Below are positions 52,393 through 64,000 of a stretch of 64,000 nucleotides of DNA, in pieces. Both the position numbers and the translations under genes were made by a program. Origin of the DNA: Vermamoeba vermiformis (taxonomy: Eukaryota); contig JBEWZL010000077.1 in assembly GCA_045837725.1 (NCBI GenBank), forward strand, positions 496,001-560,000, read 5' to 3'. The number at the start of each line of letters is the position of its first letter. Position 1 is the stretch's first letter. Under the pieces are notes generated by a model that was not told the DNA's origin, did no database searches, and worked only from the letters and a program-made list of their open reading frames with translations.

Positions 52393-54677
52393 CTATTTCT
52401 TATCGACGCCAATACCGGGCTTATTCCAAGGTGCAATTAAGCCATAAGCTTCGCTTCCAAACTTCGCCCAGGGGATCGCCTGCAGCATGTCATTAGATCC
52501 AGTATCTTGCGACCTGGATATGTTCGCTAGTTATATCAAGTATAGCTTACTGTTACTGGATCAGACGTGTCTTTAACTAAAAGAGAGCCATCAAGATCTC
52601 CACCGACACTGGCAAAAAACGAGCGGGTCAGATCCGGAGTTAAAAGGAACAATAGGCTTACGTAGATAGTGGCAGTAAGTGCAAATGAGCCACAGTACTG
52701 AGACTGCTCGCAACCATCATGCCAATCCAAACCTAGTGCATTAAATTTAGTGATATCACGTAACCATTGTTGAAGTGGATCTTGCAAGACGTTTATACAC
52801 GAACAACATTGCTTTAGAAGCGTTGAATCGTGGGATTAATACTTGCGTCGGGACCTATGACCAGTATGCAATATACGTACCTTCTTATTCAGCTCTTGAG
52901 CTTTCAAAATTGTTCGCACAGCCTCCCGGTAGCCTCCGGCTTTATCCATCTTGACATTCGCTCCATCAATAATATCCTAATAAATATGTCATTAATATCT
53001 AATGTATATTCATTATGGAAACGAATCACAATGGTACCTTTAGTTCTTCAACTTGCGTCGCGTTGTGGATCGACTCATCCGCGAAGATCAAAATGCCGTG
53101 CTTTGAGTACTCTTGACGCACCACTTTCCATTCCTCGAATTCTTCTGGCGTTAAATGCGCCGAGAAAGGTTGTTCGAGCATATAACAACGCGTGAACGGA
53201 TGTTCTTTGTTAAGTACCACGTTGTGCAAGAACTCCATGGCAACAGCGGGAGTCCAATCGGAGTTGGCATCAATAGACCACTAGTATCTGCCGTTAGATA
53301 CGCATTTGATAACTATATAGCGACGTACCACGTAGTCAGACACGTGCGGATCCACTTTTTCCTTGAAGAGTTGCACGAGTCTATTAACGATTTGCGAACC
53401 TTTAATTGACCGTTAGTTATGCTCTTAATAAATATGCAAATGTTTTAGTACCTAGGGCGATGTCTCTGTTTAACTTAATCTTAATGTTAGGCGTGTATTG
53501 CAAGCCAAAAGTAGTGGCTTCGACGATCAGATCGATTTCTTTGTTCAAAGCAGCGGTATAAAAGCCTCTCTTCTTCGTGGGCTCGGTGCCAATAAGCTCA
53601 TATATCTACATTAAATGTGAGTTCATATAAAAGAACAACAGAAGGCACGTACAGGTTTGTGAGTGATCTTGCCCCACGCGTCGAACAACGCAATCTCCAC
53701 GGCATTTCGTGCAGTACAGCTAAACTTCTCGGCATTCAACGGGCACTCATCGAGGGCCCTAAACTAAAGTTAGAACCGAACAAAAAGGAAAATGAATCCA
53801 GATGCGCAACTGTCTAAAAATGAGCTTCAGAAATGCCGTAGAGAACACGCGTAATAATTGAAAGGTCATCGGCAGTAATGCCGCATACGTAAGGAACAGC
53901 AGCGAGTTCTTGCAAAAAGCAAAAAAGAAACTGGCCTAACTCGGATTCGAACCGAGGACCTCCCGCTTACTAGGCGGGCGCAATAACCAACTATGCTATT
54001 AGGCCGTTGTTGGTGCGACTTTTTGAAAAGACGTGGTGGCGTCTCGTTCAATAAGAAATTACCTGAAAAACGCTCGTAGGGCCTTGATCTGCGCGCTATC
54101 GTTATCTTTGACGTTCATCGAGGTGAAATATTTGTTGTCAAAACCATTGAACGGATTGTAAGCGGCTGACTCGGCTACGGAAGTAACCTCTTTGATCTGC
54201 ACGCGTGTCAGGACGGTTCTATGGAAATACAAGCTTACCTTTTTGTCCAAAGCTTCGATGTATGTCTTAATGTCGTTGAAGTCTGCATAGTAGACACCTG
54301 GTTTCTTCGGTGGAAGGCCGCATTCGCCCAATCCGCTTATTGAGCCAACCTATGCTCGCTGTTATTTTTCGCTTGTTGCATAAATTAAATTATATCGATA
54401 TGAATGCGAATTGAGTACCTCAACAATTATCAGAGCATTTAAACGCGAATCTGAATAAGAGTGGCTTGTTCTGCACAAATCAACTATTTAATAAGCATAT
54501 TGCTGTTATTCGTATTGCAGTATTAATTTATAAACATTTTACGAATTATCTATCGAGTTGTAATTACCCAAAAGTCGAGCGCAATTGTAACGGTAACTCA
54601 ACCAAGCGCAGTGCAAGATCTACGCCTTCGCACTTGTATGTTGCACTAAATACTGTATTGCTTTGACTGGTGCTCAT
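52393..54677 (-). CDS. Enolase-superfamily dipeptide epimerase (L-Ala-D/L-Glu epimerase family), multi-exon
   Basis: The spliced protein has LPLQLRSTFGTSH..GECGLP, KIK, IDAN, LEQP, ADES, NVKMDKAGG and DLDG. These are the KxK/D/E/D/K and DLD signatures of the family. Confidence 0.85.
53932..54005 (-). tRNA. tRNA-Thr(AGT), inside intron 53759-54062 of the epimerase gene
   Basis: Cloverleaf with acceptor GGCCTAA/TTAGGCC, anticodon arm CCCGC-CTAGTAA-GCGGG and T arm CTCGG-TTCGAAT-CCGAG; oligo-T terminator downstream. Confidence 0.95.
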
Positions 54678-54764
54678 CTTTGGCTGCACAAGATATTGTT
54701 CCCGCAGAAAATCTCGAAACTTTTTCGTGCTCACACCAACCACAGATTCCGTTCATAACGCCAA

Positions 54765-56655
<1,891 letters not shown>

Positions 56656-56821
56656 CCCTATGTATCCTTGTTGATGTGTATATTTACAAGTAGGTCATAA
56701 AATAATGAACAAAAAAACGTTTTGGACTTGGTTCATGAAGGGAAGGCACGTGCGCTAATAGGAAGGTTATCAATAAAAAACTACTTTATCTAATAAATAC
56801 TGCAAAATGGTACTAAAATAT

Positions 56822-57856
56822 TTACAAAACACCCCAAGCCTTCATTTGCTTCATTCTGTTGTAAAAACGTGTGCCAGTGCGACCGGTGATCTTCTCGTAG
56901 TCAGGGCTTGGCTTGCTGAGAGCATTCGTCGCTATCTGATTATACAATTCAAGCAAGCCCTTGGCTTGATATTGAGGAAGGAAGTTGGAGAAGAAAGCGA
57001 GCGTTTGTTGTGGATCCGCATCCACGAATTGGACAGGCTTGCCAATCACCTTGGAGAGTCGATGAGCGATTTGTGCACCAGACAATGCCTTGGGGCCAGT
57101 CAATTCATAGACCTTGTTTACATGTGGATGAGGATTCAAGAGCACTTCAGCAGCGGCATTGCCAATGTCATCGACGGAGATCGGGCAGAACGCTCCTCTG
57201 CCAATAGGCTCGGCAAAGAACCCCTTTTGAAGGCTATCTTTGTGCATGAGGAAATTTTCCTAAAGTTGCACTGTTAGAACACTTCCGTAACAAAGAAATT
57301 ACGCTTTAAATTGCCGGTTTGGTCTCAGCAGAGACAGACTTACTTGGAACGCTCCTAAGCGAAGGACGGTGTGAGGAATGCCTGAAGCATCAAGATGCTT
57401 TTCCAAAACTCTAAATTCGCGTTGGAAAGTGGTGGATTCGTTCGCTAAATTTGTTCGGTCAGTAAGGTTTTGTGGGCTCGATCGGCGTTGGAAATACTTA
57501 CCAGCTCCAAGGGTAGATCCTGCAACAAAGTGCGTGACGCCAGCCTTCTTCGCAGCGTCGACGAGGTTGTTAAACAGCTGCACGCGGTCGCCTTCCTTTT
57601 GTTGCAAGGTTGGAGAAGGCGGGATGCCCCAAACTCGAGTAACGCCCTTGAGAGCTTCCTTGAGGCTGTCCTTATCGGAGAAGTCTACCTTGACGAACTC
57701 TGCGCCATACTTGACGAGGTCTGCGACTTTGTCTTCAGATCGAGCACCAACGCGAACTACGTAGTGGTCGCGATCGGCGCGCTTGAGCAGATGTTGAGCG
57801 GTGGCTTTGCCGGTATTACCATTAGCACCAGTAACGAGAATAACAGTCTTAGACAT
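56822..57856 (-). CDS. NmrA-like atypical SDR / NAD(P)H-binding oxidoreductase
   Basis: ILVTGANGNTG Rossmann motif, E..L..SGIPHTVLR, ISVDDIG..AA..L, YELTGP. Confidence 0.88.
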
Positions 57857-58668
57857 GATGAAGTATTGATAGAAGCGTTGAGTGGTTTGAAACTTGCGCG
57901 GATGTAGCTAGAAGCACTACTGTAGCTGAGTCGAGTGTTGTTGTTGGTTGGTTGAAGCAATACTAATACTCGTCGGCTATTTAAAGGTTCGTCTACTAAA
58001 ATATCCGATGTTCCATTGCGACGCAACATGAAGCTTCTTGAAACCTTCGGTTCAGTTCGGACAAAGTTCTAGCAGCCGTATTACTACCATAAAAGGAAAC
58101 TGCGTGAAGCTTCGCCACGTGCCTGTATGTGAACGAAAAATGACCCGTTTCTCCATCTTCAGCTCTTATGGCTAGATTGTGGCCATAAAGCGATTGCGGG
58201 CTTGTTTGGATCCACTGCTTCGTTTCAGATGTGTTCAATTTGGCAAGCTCGTGTCTCAAAAGACGCACTCGTCAAATAATCTCAGTAGTAGGTGAGGTTA
58301 AGCTGCATCACACTCATGGCTCTGCGCAGGGGATCAAACGGAGAAATTGGTGGTTTGCATAGGCTGCTAACAAAAATTTAGATATAATTCTTGGGGAAAA
58401 TATATCGTCATTTAATAATATTGAATATTTACCCGTTAATTTTTGAGACTTCTTCGATCACCGACCAGATTAACCATAAAAAATGTCAGCTAGGCTCCCA
58501 AAGCCTTTGACGCATTAGCCAATGACCTTGCGTGATATTATTTTGTTAGGCTAAGTCTTCATATTAGTTCGTTTGATGATTTTGTTTGGTGCTGTTACGT
58601 GGCGTAACAATAAAAATCCCACAGCGCGGTCTTGTTCTTTTGTATCACGAATCAACGCATATACAACA

Positions 58669-59396
58669 ATGAGCAAGACATACACTTGGGAAGAGGTCGC
58701 TCAACACAAGACTAAGGCTGATTGCTGGGTCGTGTTTGAAGGCAAAGTTCTCAACATCACCAACTTCTTGTCTGAGCACCCTGGAGGTGAAGAAGTTATC
58801 ATGGACCATGCTGGCAAGGATATTACTCAACCCTTCGAGGATATTGGCCACTCTGAAAACGCCAAGGAGTTGACTGAGAAATACGTTATTGGTAAAGTTG
58901 TATGTACTTGCTCCAACTTATTTTTATACAGTGTTAAAAATTATGGAGACGTTTATATTACATTTTCAGACGAGTTTATATTTTTTAATGAATAATTTGG
59001 CGTCGGTATAATTTTTTTTCCATTTAATTATTACGGAACGGGATTCTCTTTGTCGAGCGTCACCGTAACGTGTTTTTGGAGAATGAAAGCATAATATCAA
59101 ATAATAACAACAATACATCACGTAACGAGGTTAAAATCTTTTATTTTTAAATCAAATTTCCGTAGCGGGCCGAAGATCGACGTGATCAGATTTAGACTAC
59201 GTCTTGCGAACAGCATTGCTAATAAGTGCATTTTATATAGGACGGTCCTGCTCCTTCCCTCAAGAAGGCTAACCCCAACTCCGTTCCCGCCAAGCCTGTT
59301 ACCAAGCCCGCTGCTCAAGGAGGATCGTCATCCACCACTATTTTGCTCTTGGCTATTGTCGTTGCTATCCTCGCTTACTACTTATACAGCAAATAA
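58669..59396 (+). CDS. Cytochrome b5, tail-anchored (one intron)
   Basis: HPGG heme motif, GKD.T..FEDIGHS; the second exon encodes a Pro-rich linker and C-terminal TM (ILLLAIVVAILAYYLYSK). Confidence 0.93.
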
Positions 59397-60125
59397 GTCC
59401 TTTTTAGAAGTAAGAAAATTTTATGGTCTCTTAGAACAAAAAAAAAGACCGCGATCTCTTTCGAATTGCAGATTTGCAACGCGTTGTCGAATTTGAATAA
59501 AAATTCGTTTTTGTATTTAAAATTCCAATTTATATAATGTGCTTAGCAGTTAACCAATCAAAAGGCCTTGGGATCGAGCTTTACGGACTTTTCCGAACTC
59601 GCTGTTACGAAACAAGAAAATTGACAAATTACACAAATTTATTACTAGGGCCATAATATATAATAATACGTAATATCGCTTGAGTTGAGATTTGAAGGCA
59701 AAGGAGATTTGGCTAGAGTGTCAAATACTTTCAAGCAGAGACTAATCGGACGCATTAAGGACGGTATCGAGTATAATTTAAGAAAGCTATATTAAACGGT
59801 TTAATGCTCATCAAAAAGGTTGGCAGCGCAGGATGCACATCCACCTCCGAAACTCACAATTTCGATGTTTTTGGGACGGTATCCAAGTGGTCTTAACTGT
59901 ACACCTATTTTCGATTGCTTATAATAACAATGTACGTATCTTTGATGTTGGTGACATTGCGGCTCAGTGACGTTCAAATGACATTTTTGAACCAAATTTT
60001 AATTTTATTCAAATTCGCAGGTCCTTGTTAACACCAGTGATAGTCAAGTAGCAAAATTGTATATTAGTGTAAATAATATTGTATATTTCATTCTCTGCAA
60101 CAGCTGCTCTTTCAAAATTTAATCA

Positions 60126-63100
60126 ATGGAGAAAGGGATGCTTCAACGAAAAGACAGCGTTGCGCAGCATATGAACACCACGGCGGAAGCAGCTGATACA
60201 TGGAATTATAATGAGCCTGATGGTCCTCATAATATTCAGTTCGAGCCCACAGAACAAGGAAAGATCAAGTCAATTACATTTCCTAAACTAATTCAAAAGT
60301 TGACTTCGGCGAAAAATTATGGTAAGACTTAAGTGTTATGTGCTAATAAAAATACTGCTTATTTTCATAAAATTGAGGAATATCGTAATAACATTTTTTT
60401 TCTTTGACAGATGCCAATCTGCTTCACGAGGTCATGCTCACGTACCACTCATTTACCACCTCAAAGCAGCTATTAGGAGCCTTAATCAAAAGATATCCTT
60501 TTTAACGCAGCTATTCACTAACGTTTCTCAAATTTAAATTTTAAGTTATTACTTTTTCTTAACGAATCCGCAGCACATACGAGACCGTTCCCAACGATCC
60601 TGATCGACCAGTAGTATATATAAGGTAAATAGTAAATTTCAATCGTATTACGAGGTGCCTCTCAAGGGGCCAATTTGTCCAGATCGTTGCAATTTCGTTT
60701 GAAAACAACTTTGTTTGAAATTGAAGGTCTATACCTGATCAAATTAAAAGTAAACGTTTACTGCGATATCATAAATATCTAGAGGGCCTTTTTTGGTCCA
60801 TCGAAAGATTTCCGGATCCATAAACCCGTTTTTTTGAACATTGCCCGCGTCTTATTTTGTTTCAGTTTGCTAATATGATCTTATCATACAGATTGTTCAA
60901 CGTACTGCGTCATTGGGTGGACAATTATTGGCACGATTTTACGCAAGATCCGTCTCTGATTGGCAGCCTTGAACTTTTTTTGGATCGAGTGATCAAAGAT
61001 AACATTGAAGTCACGCGAGCTCCAGCCCAATCAGTCAGCGCCTCTTTGATAGCCAAGGTACGCTATAATTTTAGTACAATGATACAATTAGACCACATTT
61101 CAGATCGTTTTTTGTCGGGTCGATCGGACAGATCCAAATTTGTTAGTGCAATCAATTCAATCGTTTTATTAATTGAACTTGTTAAATAAGATATCAGCCG
61201 TTTATAATATTAATAGACTGTACTAAGCAAGTAATTTAAATCCTTAATCGAAACACACGATGATGTTTTGTGTTCGTTATTGTGCTCCAAAATCAATCCC
61301 ATAACGTAATTCGCATCGAATAATATACTCGTACATATATTATATGCATTTATCATATACTATTAATATTGGATTGAAGTGTCATATTTATGACACGAGT
61401 CAAATTGGACGTGTCGTTAGAAAGCAACAATTTAGCTGTTTTAAATTGCTTTAAAATTCGTAGAATTATGCGATGACCTTGGAGCGACATAAATTCTCAA
61501 TATGAGATGTCGCTAATTGCATCAGCGCTATACTCTATTTTTTTTCATTTTTGGATTTGTTCGATCGGATCTTCCCCTCGATAAATTTCTTTGCAGAGCG
61601 CAAATAACGACATCTATCGCTTATTTATATTTCGTTTGATGATTTCTTGCTAATTGCAAACAATTTTTCTGCAGCTGAACAATCAAACGAAAAAGTTGAT
61701 CCAAACGCCCACAGGCGCACCAAGACCAATTCTTCCGCGCATACCAAATTGTGATATATTAGATGTGGACCCTGAAGAGGTCGCCCGACAACTTACCTTA
61801 ATCGAATGGGAGCTTTTTGTCAACATCCAGCCTTGGGAGTGCTACGGTCTTGCATGGACCAAAAAAGACCGCGAACAACGAGCGCCAGGAATTATTGCAA
61901 TTACTGGTCAATTTAATTATGTTAGTCGATGGGTCACTACTGCTATTTGTACCGAAGAAGACCAAAAAAAGCGAGTTGAATTGATCAAAAAATTCATTAA
62001 AATTGCAGAGGTAAGCTAGATCATATCTAATACAATATTCATAGTATTTATAGTATTATCGGCATTATTATATATTTTTGGCATTTTTTGCAGGATTTTT
62101 CTAACGGTCTAATTTTTTTTTTTGTAGCATTTAAAGAATATGTCCAACGTCAACGGCTTACTTGAAATTATCTCTGGCTTGGGACAAGTGCCTGTATTTC
62201 GTTTAGATAAGACTTGGGAGGTACGTCTGACTTGCTCATTATAATTACCAAAATCAAAATGGATCCCGCAACAAATTTGCGTTGTTGAGCCAACTATTAT
62301 GATTATTTTCTATCGATCGTATACCATATTACAAACGGATGGTAAAGCAAAATGACGAGTAGATCTGATTAGTTTGCTATTTTAGGAAGTGGATTCAAAA
62401 GTTCGCCGATCATTTTTGCAAATGCAAGAGCTAACGCATGCAGAAAAGAATTACAAACGAATCAGAGAGTTTTTGAAAGGAAAATCACCCGCTATTCCTT
62501 TTATTGGCGTTTACTTGACGGATCTTACGTTCATTGAAGAAGGCCACAAAAATACCTCGACAATCAACGAGAGCTTAATCAATTTTACTAAGAGAAGACA
62601 GACCGCTGAGACTATTAGAAAGATTAGGTACGTACTACTGAATTACGAACAAAATTTATGGATCTGACTATGTTTGGCCGTTACAGAGACTTCCAAGCGT
62701 ATCCATACCCATTTGAACCAGTCCAATCTATTCAAGCTAAGCTAAGAAACTTGCGTATATTAGATGAGTCAACTCTCGACGAGTGTAGTTACTGGATCCA
62801 ACCTCGCGCTGGTACGTCTCATTTACAATAGATTGGTGTCGCATTAATAGTTCATTGAAATACATACATCAATATAAATATACCGAATATATGCATAATT
62901 TATTAATCCTCTTTAATGTAGATAAAGAAAGAGGACCCAAACCAGATGCGATGAACATCAATTACAGACCGCCAGAGGACATTAGATTTGATCTCGAAAT
63001 TATCAAAGACTATCCGTTCTATGCAGCAGATGATCCTACAAATATCCGTGTTGAAAAAGATTCCAATCAGATCAAGGGCGGTACGCTGCCTAAAATTATT

Positions 63101-64000
63101 GAGCGATTGACGCATCATAAGACACCAGGTACGTCATAGTATTAATGACATATATGCATATGTTAATTTTTATATTAGATGGTGCTTCATTGCCGACGTT
63201 CTTAGCTACGTACCGAACATTTACTACTCCTCATGAGGTTTTGGATCTGCTAATTTGGAGGTACTCAATGCCTGCTTGTCGTGATAGATCACTTGACGTA
63301 CAAACAAAATTTAAAGAGTTAATGCTCGTGCCTGTTACTACAAGGTAAGTTTTATCAAGTTTGTAACGGATCTTCCTAAAAAGGAAAGTCCGTTCTAATT
63401 CGAGGATTTAATTGAATGCATTTGGGCTAATTAAAACTTATAGAGTCTTTAATGTGCTTAAGTTATGGGTTGAGAAGCATTACTACGATTTTGAAGCGGA
63501 TCCCGAGCTGAAAAAGAAGCTAGTCAATTTCATCGAGACTAAATTAGCTGGAACAACGTGGCAAGGCTTAATGAAGAATTTAATCGCCAAAAAAGAAGGT
63601 CAACCTGGTTTGGTGAGCGCTGGATCCACTCTGACGAGAAAAGAGAAGCCTCCTGCGCCTATTTTGACCTGTACTTGCCCACCGAACTTTACACCGACTA
63701 TATTCGACTATCATCCTGAAGAAGTTGGTCGTCAAATGACTTTAATGCTGCATGATCTCTACGTGCAGATCCGGTACGTACAAACCGACAACTCGGAAAT
63801 TTAATCGATTATTAGCGTTAGTATATGATACAAATATTATTAATACGCAATATTAATCATATTGTTATATTTATAGACCGCCAGAGTTCATTACAATGGC
63901 TCAGAAGTTCCGTCGTGCAGCGCTCCAAGCGAAGCAAGCGCACGATCCAGATTTGTACATTAAAGCAGCCAATGGCATGGCTCTACAGTCAGCAGCGAAT
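60126..64000 (+). CDS. RasGEF with two tandem REM + CDC25 modules (runs off the window end)
   Basis: REM1 (KLIQKLT..LFNVLRHWV), CDC25 (EVARQLTLIE, PFIGVYLTDLTFIEEG, INFTKRR), REM2 (KIIERLT..VFNVLKLWV), start of a second CDC25 (EVGRQMTL). Confidence 0.9.
60493..60576 (+). other. U12-type (minor spliceosome) AT-AC intron
   Basis: 5' ATATCCTTT, branch site TTCTTAAC ~13 nt upstream of the terminal AC. Removal restores REM-domain sequence LIKR|YETVPND. Confidence 0.88.

Noticed and set aside
57996-58268. 90-aa ORF between the NmrA-like and cytochrome b5 genes
   Set aside because: Non-ATG start, no recognisable domain, and it lies in a probable divergent promoter region.

Overview
Gene-dense, intron-rich eukaryotic DNA, most likely from a non-dictyostelid amoebozoan (inferred from an actobindin gene and an AT-AC U12-type intron). 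About 24 spliced or single-exon protein-coding loci can be reconstructed by hand. They include ATG2, actobindin, mitochondrial phosphatidylserine decarboxylase, TRM13, an Ariadne RBR E3 ligase, an A1 aspartic protease, a PX-SH3-SH3 protein, a C1-DH-PH-MORN RhoGEF, a BRPF/Nto1-like PHD-bromodomain protein, two tandem DNase II genes, an NmrA-like oxidoreductase, cytochrome b5 and a double-module RasGEF. The most unusual items are: (1) an unidentified, highly structured ~325-nt RNA with a 5'/3' closing stem and oligo-T end at 34844-35174; (2) bacterial-type peptidoglycan-recycling enzymes (AnmK and an L-Ala-D/L-Glu epimerase-family enzyme) only 87 nt apart, next to the DNase II pair; (3) a 5S rRNA gene and a tRNA-Thr gene each nested sense-wise in an intron; (4) a U12 AT-AC intron; (5) CpG-poor Crinkler/CR-effector-like loci with lesions; (6) recurrent GATC motifs in introns. 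All gene models and RNA folds were read by eye, so exon boundaries and some start codons are approximate.
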